Origin: Dehalococcoidia bacterium
GTDB lineage: Bacteria > Chloroflexota > Dehalococcoidia > Lucifugimonadales > UBA1127
DNA: 64,000 bases
Assembly (NCBI GenBank): GCA_965116355.1
Contig: OZ220679.1
Span: 23,819 to 87,818, forward strand
Reading direction: 5' to 3'
This document shows positions 8,945-17,367 of the stretch, one piece after another; position 1 is the first letter of the stretch, and each line of letters begins with the position of its first letter. A model generated the notes under the pieces. That model made no database searches, was not told the origin of the DNA, and saw nothing but the letters and a program-made list of their open reading frames with translations. Made by a program: the position numbers and the translations under genes.

Positions 8945-9327
8945 CTTCAGTATGACGCCTGCGGCATCGGGGCTGACCCCACCGCCACAGGTGGGCAGGA
9001 GTAGGACAAACGCCGCAAGGAGCGGGCCCTTCCTATCCTCCCGGCGCTCCGCAGGAATCGGAGGCGAGCAATGGCGACTGACATCGGAACCCTCCTCTCA
9101 TCTATCTCTTGCCGAAAAGCGCACCCTGCGCCGCTGAGCCTCGGCCTCTTGCTCACACCGCCAGGCCTTCTTGGGCGGGGCGTTGAGCGCCAACCGCGCC
9201 ACCTCCGCCGGCGGCCCGTCGATAGGTCCCGGCAACGGGTACTGGATGGCCCCCTGGCGGCATAGGCGATCTTGCCATCGGACGCCTCCAGAATCTCCTT
9301 CGACCAGCTTGACGGGAGCGTGCCGGA

Positions 9328-11730
9328 TTACGTCTGCAGCGGCACCCCCTCCCCACCCAGCCGGTAGCCGACGCGAGGCTCGTTGAAGATGTACCTGGGG
9401 TTGTCGGCCGTCTCCCCCAGCTTCTGGCGCAGCCGCCTCACGTAGCCCCGCACCATGGTCGAGTCGTAATATTCTCGCGTCGACCAGACCCGGCTCATCA
9501 GGTGCTCCCGGCTCAGCGTCTTCCCCACATTCACCGCGAGCTCGCAGAGCAGCCGGTACTCCGTGTCGGTCAACGTCACCGCCTGGCCGTCCATCGCCAC
9601 GCGTCGTGTCGCATAGTCGATGGCCAGATCTCCCAACTGGAATGAGCCCTGGGGCGGCCCCCGCTCCGGCCCGTCCCGTCGCCGCAGCGCCGCCCCCACC
9701 CGGGCCACCAGCTCGGTGGTGGAGAAGGGCCTGGCGATGTAGTCGTCTGCGCCGATCTCGAAGGCCGTGGCAAGGTCCCGCTCCGGGGTCCCGCCGCGTC
9801 CCGACAACAGCACCACCGGCGCGTCGGTCACCTTGGATATGCGCTGGATCAGGCCCGATCCGTCGGCCCCCGTAAGCGCCGAGTCCAGCAGCACGAGGTG
9901 GGGCCGCTCCATCGCGATGAGCCGCTCCACCTCCTCCGGGTCCCAGGTCGCCACGGGGGTGTACCCCGCCTCGGTAAGGGTGTTGCGTATGTGCCACAAC
10001 GCCTGGGGGTCGTCGTCCACCACCAGCACGCGCCCGTGGTTCCGCGCGGCGCGCCGGTGGCCGCCGGCCGGGAGTCCCACCGGCGCCCCTCGTCCCAACG
10101 CGGTCTCCTCGGCCGCCGGCAGGGTGAAGATGTAGCGGGACCCCAGGCCCGCCCCGTCCCCCTCGAACCAGATGCGGCCCCCATGTGCCTCCACGATCCC
10201 CCGGCACACCGACAGGCCAAGCGTTTCTCCCCCTGTGACGATCTCGCCTCCGCCGCCCACCGGGGAGTGCCTTTGAAACAGCAGCGGCTGGGGCTGGGGG
10301 GTAGGTCTCGGCCCCGTTTCGGCCACGCACACAGCCACGTGGGAGTCCTCCCGCTGGGCGCTCACCGTGATGACCGCCCCCCCAAGGGAGTGGCCGGCGG
10401 CTTTGGACAACAGGCGGTCCAGCACCTGGAGCGCCCGTTGCCGGTCCGCCATGACCTGGGGCAGGTCCGGGGGCAGGTCAACCTCCACCTGGTCGCCCGC
10501 CGCACTCTCGAGGAACGACGCCCGGGCCTGGCCCGCCAGAAAGGCCATGTCCGTGGGTTCGGGGCTCACCAGCAGCGTCCCCGCCTCGATGCGGGCAACC
10601 TCCAGCAGGTCCCAGATCAGGCCCCGCATCCGGTCGGCCTGCCACTTGATGAGGCTGAAGAGCTCGCGGGTCCTCGCCGGGTCCAGACGGGTGCGGTCCT
10701 CCAGGACGGCTGTGGCGGAACCCGTGATGGAGGTCAGGGGCGCCAGCAGCTCCCGGCTCACCATGCTCATGAACTCGGCTCGCTGTCTGCCCAGCTCCTT
10801 TATGGGCGGCAGGTCCTGCAGCGTGACCACCACCGACGCAACGCCGTCCTCCTCCGAGAGGATTGGCGTGGAGTTGATAATGGTGGTGACCCGGCGCCCG
10901 TCGGGGACCTGGATGACGATCTCCTCGGCCCGCACCTTCTCTCTCGAACTCAGCGCCCGTGCCAGGGGATACTCCCGGAGGGAGACCTCCCGCCCGTCGG
11001 CTCTGCGGAAGGTCAGTATCTCCAGCAGCTGCTGTGGGCTCTGGTCCGGGCTGCGCAGCCCGTCGACGATCCGCAGGGCCTCCCGGTTGATCGACAGGAG
11101 CGCGCCCGTCCCGGCGTCGAAGACCACGACGCCCACCGGCGTGGTGTTGACCAGCGTCTCCAGGTCGGCCTTGGCCCGCCGCTCCTCCCGGTAGCGGCGG
11201 GCGTTGGCGATGACCAGCGCCGCCTGGGAGGCGAACATGACCAGGGTCTCCTCATCCTCCTGGCTGAACTCTCTCCCCTCCGCCTCGTGGGCCAGATAGA
11301 TGGTGCCCACGCCCACCCCTTGGTGTCGCATCGGGGCCACCAGCAGGGAGGACGCCTGCACTGGGGGCGAGAACTCCGGCATCCCCAGCGCGCTCAGGTG
11401 GCCGGCGATGTCGGAGACCCGGAGGGGAGCCTCGGCCTGGCTCAGGTATTCGAAGAAGCCCAACCCCTGGGGCAGTTCCCACAGCGCCTGATGCTCCTCC
11501 CGGGTCAGCCCGGAGACGATGAAGTCGGTCCGCTGCCCCGCCTCGCCGGGAACGGTTATCGCGCCGTAGCGGGACCCGGTCAGGGTCCTGGCGCTGTCCA
11601 CCACCTCCTGCAGCACCGTGTCGAAGTCCAGGCTTTCGTTGATGCGGAGACTGGCCTCGCTCATGCGGGAGAGGCGGTCTCCCGGCGCCCGGCCTTCGGG
11701 GCTCGCTTCCGGTTGCTCAGCTCGGTTCAA
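9328..11730 (-). CDS. Paralogous GAF-PAS-HK-REC-wHTH protein with degenerate kinase and receiver catalytic residues (pseudo-kinase type)
   Basis: It has the same domain order as 4390-6798. The H-box reads FMSMVSRELLAPL (Arg326 in place of His). The N-box is LLSKAAGHS (Lys in place of Asn). G1 is VAETGPRP (no DxGxG). REC keeps LVLLDSALTG, but the conserved Lys is Arg (DYIARPF). Confidence 0.9.
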   Translation of the reverse strand: MNRAEQPEASPEGRAPGDRLSRMSEASLRINESLDFDTVLQEVVDSARTLTGSRYGAITVPGEAGQRTDFIVSGLTREEHQALWELPQGLGFFEYLSQAEAPLRVSDIAGHLSALGMPEFSPPVQASSLLVAPMRHQGVGVGTIYLAHEAEGREFSQEDEETLVMFASQAALVIANARRYREERRAKADLETLVNTTPVGVVVFDAGTGALLSINREALRIVDGLRSPDQSPQQLLEILTFRRADGREVSLREYPLARALSSREKVRAEEIVIQVPDGRRVTTIINSTPILSEEDGVASVVVTLQDLPPIKELGRQRAEFMSMVSRELLAPLTSITGSATAVLEDRTRLDPARTRELFSLIKWQADRMRGLIWDLLEVARIEAGTLLVSPEPTDMAFLAGQARASFLESAAGDQVEVDLPPDLPQVMADRQRALQVLDRLLSKAAGHSLGGAVITVSAQREDSHVAVCVAETGPRPTPQPQPLLFQRHSPVGGGGEIVTGGETLGLSVCRGIVEAHGGRIWFEGDGAGLGSRYIFTLPAAEETALGRGAPVGLPAGGHRRAARNHGRVLVVDDDPQALWHIRNTLTEAGYTPVATWDPEEVERLIAMERPHLVLLDSALTGADGSGLIQRISKVTDAPVVLLSGRGGTPERDLATAFEIGADDYIARPFSTTELVARVGAALRRRDGPERGPPQGSFQLGDLAIDYATRRVAMDGQAVTLTDTEYRLLCELAVNVGKTLSREHLMSRVWSTREYYDSTMVRGYVRRLRQKLGETADNPRYIFNEPRVGYRLGGEGVPLQT

Positions 11731-11992
11731 CGATGCACCTCGCCAGTATGATTGGTGACTTCGCAGTTAGTATAACACGTCGTCCTGGCCTAAAGTCCAG
11801 TTGTTACAGATATTTGCACCATCTTTTTTACCGAGTATTTACTGACTTTGCATGCACTTTTCTCCCATACTGTTTTCTGGCGTTCTGTGCTTTCTCTACC
11901 GAAAGGTCGCGATGCAGTCCGTTCGAGCGCATTCCAGCGGTTCGGACAACGCGGCGGCACGGGCGAACGCATATGCAAAAGGGACTGTGATT

Positions 11993-13714
11993 ATGATGTT
12001 GCGCACCAGGTTTGCCTTTCCGGCCGTCATCGTGATGTTGTTGGGGCTCCTCCTGGCCGCCTCGAACACCGGGCTCAGCCCAACGGTCAGCGCTGCGCCC
12101 AACCAGCAGACCACCCTCGACATCCCCCACCAGATGGTGCCGAGCAACTGGGCCTGGATTCCTTCTGGACTGGGCCCCGGTGATTCCTTCCGGCTGATGT
12201 TCGTAACCGAAGGCTATATCGATGGGACGACCAACGGCATCAGCCGCTACAACTCCTTCGTCCGTGAGGCGGCCAAGGCCAGCAGCATGTTCAAGGACCA
12301 CGAACACCTGTACCTCTCCTTCACGGCGCTGGTGTCGGTCTACCAGGGCCTGGATGCGAGGGGCAACACCCGCACGCGGGTTGGTGACCCAGGGGAACAT
12401 TCTCCCATCTACTGGGCCGGGAACGCCGGCAAGAAGGTGGCCGACAACTACGCCGACTTCTACGACGGCAGCTGGGACTCGCGCGAAGCCAGGAAGTCCG
12501 ACGGCGGCTGGTACCTCATTGAGTTTCAGAGAGTGCTCACCGGCTCCACCCACCAGGGCACCCATGCGATCCACGGAAACGGCTGGAACCTGGGACTGGG
12601 AAGCCCCCCGGCGTGGTGGCACGCTGGGCTTCGGGTGACTGCGGTCGGCTCCATTGGCACCGAGCATCACGATACGCCGGGGAAAGAGATCTACATGAGT
12701 GGGGAGGCGAATGCCTCGGATATTTACCCGATATACGGCATATCGCCCCTGCTCAAGGTGCGGAGCACCACCGGGGTCAAGCCGGTCATCGGCGGGCCGA
12801 CGGGGACGGTGCGAGGCCCCTTCGACGTGTCCATCACCTTCCCTGACGACGACCAGATCAACGGGATGGCCCTGGCCGACATCACAGTCGTCGGCGGGAC
12901 GGCATCGAACCTGCGCCACACCGCCGGCGCCGGGACAGCGGCGGGGGCGGAAAACGGCACCGCATACGCCGTCACCATCACGCCCGACTACGACGAGAGC
13001 ATCTACGACTCGACCACGGTGATCGTCTCCATGAGCGACGGCGTGGTGTCGGACGTCAACGGCTGGAAGAGCGTCGCCTCGGATGCGTTGATCGTGAAGT
13101 CCACCTACCTTGAGAAGAAGGCGGTGACCATATCCTTTGACGAGAACGGGGTGGGGACCGTTCCCAGGTCATGGGTCTACATACCCTCCGCCGACCTGAA
13201 GCCCGGTGACAGCTTCCGGCTGCTGTTCGTCACCTCGGACACCAGGAACGCCCAATCAAAGAACATCGACGACTACAACAGCTTCGTCCAGAACGCGGCC
13301 GGCAGGAGCGAGCTTCTCAGGAACTTCAGCGGGCGCTTCCGGGCCCTGGCGTCCGTGTACCGCGTTCACGCCATAGACAACTCCGGCACCAGGGGGACCG
13401 GCGTACCCATCTACTGGCTGGAGGGAGCTCGAGTCGCCAACAGCTACACGGACTTCTACGACGGATCGTGGGCGTCCAAGGCGGGCACCGACGAAGCTGG
13501 AAGAGGACTGGGGCATTCGACCGACATTTGGACGGGCACCAATAGCGATGGAACCAGGAACGGTCAGGGGCTGGGCAGCACCTTCTTCTACAGCACCTAC
13601 GACAGTTTGGGAGTCCGCAGTCCCTTTGGAATCTCCGGCACCAGCACCGACTACAAGAACCACTTCTACTCCCTCTCGCCGGTGCTGAAGATAGCGGAAC
13701 CCGGAGGGCTGTAG
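11993..13714 (+). CDS. Secreted protein with two endostatin/DUF1554-like (C-type-lectin-fold) modules flanking an Ig-like module
   Basis: Signal peptide MMLRTRFAFPAVIVMLLGLLLAASNTGLSPTVSA. There is an internal duplication: GDSFRLMFVT...YNSFVREAA...FTALVSVY...PIYWAG...YADFYDGSW versus GDSFRLLFVT...YNSFVQNAA...FRALASVY...PIYWLEG...YTDFYDGSW...IWTGTNSDGT. The family call is tentative. Confidence 0.7.
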   Translation: MMLRTRFAFPAVIVMLLGLLLAASNTGLSPTVSAAPNQQTTLDIPHQMVPSNWAWIPSGLGPGDSFRLMFVTEGYIDGTTNGISRYNSFVREAAKASSMFKDHEHLYLSFTALVSVYQGLDARGNTRTRVGDPGEHSPIYWAGNAGKKVADNYADFYDGSWDSREARKSDGGWYLIEFQRVLTGSTHQGTHAIHGNGWNLGLGSPPAWWHAGLRVTAVGSIGTEHHDTPGKEIYMSGEANASDIYPIYGISPLLKVRSTTGVKPVIGGPTGTVRGPFDVSITFPDDDQINGMALADITVVGGTASNLRHTAGAGTAAGAENGTAYAVTITPDYDESIYDSTTVIVSMSDGVVSDVNGWKSVASDALIVKSTYLEKKAVTISFDENGVGTVPRSWVYIPSADLKPGDSFRLLFVTSDTRNAQSKNIDDYNSFVQNAAGRSELLRNFSGRFRALASVYRVHAIDNSGTRGTGVPIYWLEGARVANSYTDFYDGSWASKAGTDEAGRGLGHSTDIWTGTNSDGTRNGQGLGSTFFYSTYDSLGVRSPFGISGTSTDYKNHFYSLSPVLKIAEPGGL

Positions 13715-13717
13715 GCA

Positions 13718-14782
13718 ATGATAGGGGAAGGTTTGACCGGCAGAATGCGCCGCACCGCCGCGCTGTTGGCGTTGCTGCTCGCCGCCTCCGCGCTGTCCGC
13801 CGCCTGCGGCGACGGGGACGCGGGTCTGACCCGCGCCGGCGTGCAGGAGATCGTCAGGGCGGAGATGGCCGCCGCGCCGACTCCCACTCCCGGAGTGACT
13901 TTCTCCGATTTGGACGAGGCCGTCAGCAAGGGCATGGCGGAGATGCCCTTGCCGGAGCCCGGGCTATCCAGGAGCGAGGTCGAGGAGATCGTCCGGGCCG
14001 CCATCGCCGCCATCCCGCCCAGGTCCGCCCCCGCCGACTACACCCGGTTCTTCGTCGACAGCGCCATCGCCCGGTACGAGACCCAGGGCCTCGACGCCAC
14101 CCTTGCCCACTACAACCGGGAGGAGAGCGTAGACGGCCAGTGGTACGTCTTCATCATCGACGAGAACGATCTGGTCATCGCACACCCCGACCCGGACCGC
14201 CGGGGCCTTGACCTCAAGGGCTGGGTGGGCACCGACGATAACGGCTACAACTTCGGGCCGGAGATGCTCTCGGCCACCGAGGAGGGCAAGTGGGTGTCCT
14301 ACGTGTACCGCAACCCGGAGAACGGGGGCCTTGGTTCCGGCGCATTTGAGTTGAAGAACGTGTGGGTGGAGCGGCGCGACGGGTTGTTGTTCGCCTCGGG
14401 CTGGTACATCGACGCCGACGAGTTCACCAAGAGGCTGGTGTCCGTGGCGGTGGACAACTTCCGCGACGGAGGGCTGCCGGCGACGGTGGCCTACTTCGCC
14501 AGCCCCGGAAGCGCCCTGGCCGGCCTGGAAGCGGCCATCGACTACTACAACGCAGCCGAGACGGTGGAAGGCAAGTGGTTCGCCTTCATAGGAGACCCCA
14601 GCGGGAAGGTCGTGGCCCACTCTGACCAGACGATGATCGGAGGGAAAGTTCAGGAGCTGCTGGGCGGCGAACCGTTCGACGCCACGGAAGAAGGCGTCTG
14701 GGTGACCTCGGAGTCGTTGAGCGTCTACGTGACGAAATATGAAGGGTACGTCTTCGGCTCAGGCTGGGGCCGGGACGAGTAG
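13718..14782 (+). CDS. Lipoprotein with two sCache/PDC-like extracellular ligand-binding modules
   Basis: Lipobox LLLAASALSAACGDG. The motif is repeated as ...YETQGLDATLAHYNREESVDGQWYVFIIDENDLVIAHP...GKWVSYVY...RRDGLLFASGWY and ...YYNAAETVEGKWFAFIGDPSGKVVAHS...YEGYVFGSGW. Confidence 0.75.
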   Translation: MIGEGLTGRMRRTAALLALLLAASALSAACGDGDAGLTRAGVQEIVRAEMAAAPTPTPGVTFSDLDEAVSKGMAEMPLPEPGLSRSEVEEIVRAAIAAIPPRSAPADYTRFFVDSAIARYETQGLDATLAHYNREESVDGQWYVFIIDENDLVIAHPDPDRRGLDLKGWVGTDDNGYNFGPEMLSATEEGKWVSYVYRNPENGGLGSGAFELKNVWVERRDGLLFASGWYIDADEFTKRLVSVAVDNFRDGGLPATVAYFASPGSALAGLEAAIDYYNAAETVEGKWFAFIGDPSGKVVAHSDQTMIGGKVQELLGGEPFDATEEGVWVTSESLSVYVTKYEGYVFGSGWGRDE

Positions 14783-14799
14783 GAAGGAAACACAGAAAC

Positions 14800-15732
14800 A
14801 TGGTGAGAGATGAGTCGCCCGTCATCCTCCTCGCCGTCCTCCTGGCAGTCATGCTGGCCCTGGGCGCCTGCGGCGGCAACGGCGGCGGCGCGGAGAGCCA
14901 GACCGCCCGCGAGGACGCGGGCCCGACTGTCGCCAGGGCATCCGAAGTCCAACCAACCGTCGCATCGATTGCCGCCGGAGAGTTCGCCTCAATAAGCATC
15001 GGGTGGGATTACAGCTGCGGGGTACGGCTTGATGGCTCCGTCACTTGCTGGGGCAGTAATGAGTATGGCAAGGGTACTCCACCGGATGGGGAGTTCGCCT
15101 CGGTCAGCGCCAATAATCAGCACACCTGCGGGGTGCGGCATGACGGCTCAGTGGAGTGCTGGGGCTGGCGTGGCGATGGCCAGACCTCGCCGCCGGAGGG
15201 GGAGTTCTCCTCCGTCAGCGCCGGGGGGCGCCACACCTGCGGGGTGCGCGGCGATGGCTCCATCACCTGCTGGGGAACGGACTCGGAAGGCCAGGCTACG
15301 CCGCCGGACGGGGAGTTCTCCTCCGTCAGCGCCGGGACATACAACTCCTGCGGAGTCAGGACCAACGGCGCCCTCGAGTGCTGGGCCAAGGTTCCCGAAG
15401 AGCTCATCTCCACACCGGAGGGGGAGTTCGCCTCGGTCAGCGCCGGGTCGGAACACGTCTGCTGGGTGAGGACCAACGGCGCCGTGGGATGCCTGACGGA
15501 TGCAGAATGGATCGAGGTCACGCCGCCGGAGGGGGAGTTCGCCTCCGTCAGCGCCGGGGGCAGCCACACCTGCGGGGTGAGGATCGACGGGTCCGTCGAA
15601 TGCTGGGGTAAGGATTATTACGGTGAGGCCACGTCGCCGGACGGGGAGTTCGCCTCCGTCAGCGCGGGGGACAGCAACACCTGCGGGGTGAGGACCAACG
15701 GCTCCGTCGAATGCTGGGGTCAAGACTACTAG
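14800..15732 (+). CDS. RCC1-like beta-propeller repeat lipoprotein
   Basis: Lipobox VMLALGACGGNGG. About seven repeats of GEF(A/S)SVSAG..H(T/V)CGVR.DGS(V/I)(E/T)CWG are present. Confidence 0.85.
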   Translation: MVRDESPVILLAVLLAVMLALGACGGNGGGAESQTAREDAGPTVARASEVQPTVASIAAGEFASISIGWDYSCGVRLDGSVTCWGSNEYGKGTPPDGEFASVSANNQHTCGVRHDGSVECWGWRGDGQTSPPEGEFSSVSAGGRHTCGVRGDGSITCWGTDSEGQATPPDGEFSSVSAGTYNSCGVRTNGALECWAKVPEELISTPEGEFASVSAGSEHVCWVRTNGAVGCLTDAEWIEVTPPEGEFASVSAGGSHTCGVRIDGSVECWGKDYYGEATSPDGEFASVSAGDSNTCGVRTNGSVECWGQDY

Positions 15733-15846
15733 GGCCAGGCCACGCCGTCCTAGCAGCCGGGCTGACAAGGACTCGTACTCAAGCCTTGGATTTAGACGGA
15801 CTGCAGATCTCGTCGAGGCCGTGGCACTCGTTGGCTCAGGGCATCA

Positions 15847-15875
15847 TTGACAAAAGAACATTCGTTCTTTACCAT
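15847..15875 (+). promoter_or_regulatory. Sigma70-type promoter TTGACA-N17-TACCAT upstream of imuB
   Basis: TTGACA is at 15847-15852 and TACCAT at 15870-15875, with a 17-bp spacer. It lies about 33 nt upstream of the imuB ATG. Confidence 0.65.
15855..15868. promoter_or_regulatory. LexA (Cheo-type SOS) box AGAACATTCGTTCT
   Basis: Perfect palindrome GAAC-N4-GTTC located inside the promoter spacer, immediately upstream of the imuB-dnaE2 mutagenesis genes. Confidence 0.8.
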
Positions 15876-15907
15876 CACGCCCCCAACCCAAACCTTTGAG
15901 GGGCGTG

Positions 15908-17353
15908 ATGTCTATTGCGTGCGTGCTGATAACCCACCTGCGGGCCAAGGTGGAGCTGCGCCGACGGCCCGACCTGGCGGAAGTGCCGGCCGTCATCGTT
16001 GACCGGTCCGGGCACAGACCTGTGGTGGTCGACCGCTTTCCCGCCGCCGATCGCGTACCCCTGGGCGTGCCGGTGGAGGAGGCGTTGTCGCTGCACGCCG
16101 GAGCGGTGGTGATCGAGGCGGACGAGCCCGCCTACCGCGCCGCCTTCCAGCGGGTGCTCGCGGCCCTGCAGGGCGTCAGCGACCGGGTCGAGGAGACGGA
16201 GCTGGGCACGGCCTACGTGGGGCTGGACGGCCTGCAGGATATGTACGGCGGCGAGGCCCGGCTGGTGAGCGCGCTGCTCAGCGCAGCGCCCGGCGATCTG
16301 GCGCCCCGGCTCGGCGTGGCCGGTGGCAAGTTCCCCGCCTTCGTCGCCGCATCCTGCAGCGCACCGATGGGCGCGACCAGGGTCCCGCAGGACGCGGCGG
16401 CCTTCCTGTCGCCCCACCCCGTCAGCCTCCTCCCCGTCGCCGCCGAGACACGGGCGGCGCTGGCTCGCTTCGGCCTTCGCACCCTGGGGGACGTGGCGGC
16501 GATGGCGCGGGAAACACTCGTCGACCAGTTCGGCGCGGAGGGCGGGCTGGCGTGGGACCTGGCGCGCGGGGTGGACGACAGCCCACTGCGTCCGCTGCGG
16601 CATGAAGAGGTAGTGGAGGAGCGGACGGCGCTCCCCGTGGAGGCGTCGTCGCTGGAGCTGCTGGTGACGGCCGTCGACGCCTTGCTGCGGCGGGCGTATG
16701 CGCGGCCCCGGATGCGGGGCCGGTATGCCAGTCGGGTTGCCCTTGCGTGCTCCCTGGCCGACGCGCCGCCGTGGGAGCGGGTCTTCCACTTCAAAAGCGG
16801 CGTGGGGGACTGGCGGCAGGCCTCCAGCCTCCTCCGTCCCCGGCTGGAGGCGGACCATCCGCTGTCGCCCGTGGAGGAGGCCGTGCTGACCCTCGGCGGC
16901 CTTACCGGAGACATCGGCGTGCAGGGAGGCCTCCTGCCCGACCTGCGGGCGGACCGCGAGGGCCGACTGGCGGAGGCGGAACGGCGGTTGCAGCCCCACA
17001 TGGGCGGCGGCCGGGCCCTCTACCGGGTGGCGGCGGTGGCCCCGGACCACCCCGCGCCGGAGCTGCGGTCGGTGCAGGTCCCCATCGACCCCGGCGGGCG
17101 CAACGCCCTGAAGCCCCTGGGCGTCCCCGTTGCAGTGGCGGTGCGCGAGGACCCGGCCCGGATACCTACGGCGGTGGAGGTCGGCGGCCGCTGGCAGCGG
17201 GTGGCCGGCATCGACGACCAGTGGACCTTCGACCTCTGGTGGATGCCCCAGCCGATGGAGCGGGACTACTACCGCGTGAGCGGCGAGGACGGCCGCCAGA
17301 TCACCCTGTTCCGGGACCGGCACGGCGATTGCTGGTACCGGCAGAACGCCTAG
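15908..17353 (+). CDS. imuB: ImuB-like Y-family DNA polymerase paralogue
   Basis: The N-terminus MSIACVLITHL... is followed by a Y-family-like core, and the gene sits directly upstream of dnaE2. The ATG at 15908 has GAGGGG 5 nt upstream. The ORF track starts at TTG 15896. Confidence 0.75.
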   Translation: MSIACVLITHLRAKVELRRRPDLAEVPAVIVDRSGHRPVVVDRFPAADRVPLGVPVEEALSLHAGAVVIEADEPAYRAAFQRVLAALQGVSDRVEETELGTAYVGLDGLQDMYGGEARLVSALLSAAPGDLAPRLGVAGGKFPAFVAASCSAPMGATRVPQDAAAFLSPHPVSLLPVAAETRAALARFGLRTLGDVAAMARETLVDQFGAEGGLAWDLARGVDDSPLRPLRHEEVVEERTALPVEASSLELLVTAVDALLRRAYARPRMRGRYASRVALACSLADAPPWERVFHFKSGVGDWRQASSLLRPRLEADHPLSPVEEAVLTLGGLTGDIGVQGGLLPDLRADREGRLAEAERRLQPHMGGGRALYRVAAVAPDHPAPELRSVQVPIDPGGRNALKPLGVPVAVAVREDPARIPTAVEVGGRWQRVAGIDDQWTFDLWWMPQPMERDYYRVSGEDGRQITLFRDRHGDCWYRQNA

Positions 17354-17367
17354 CCGAGGGTTGCGCC

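Noticed and set aside
16747-17367. The 207-codon N-terminal extension of dnaE2 given by the ORF track.
   Set aside because: The extension overlaps imuB and is low-complexity Arg/Gly/Pro. A GTG at 17368 with an upstream GAGGG gives the canonical PHP-domain N-terminus right after the imuB stop.
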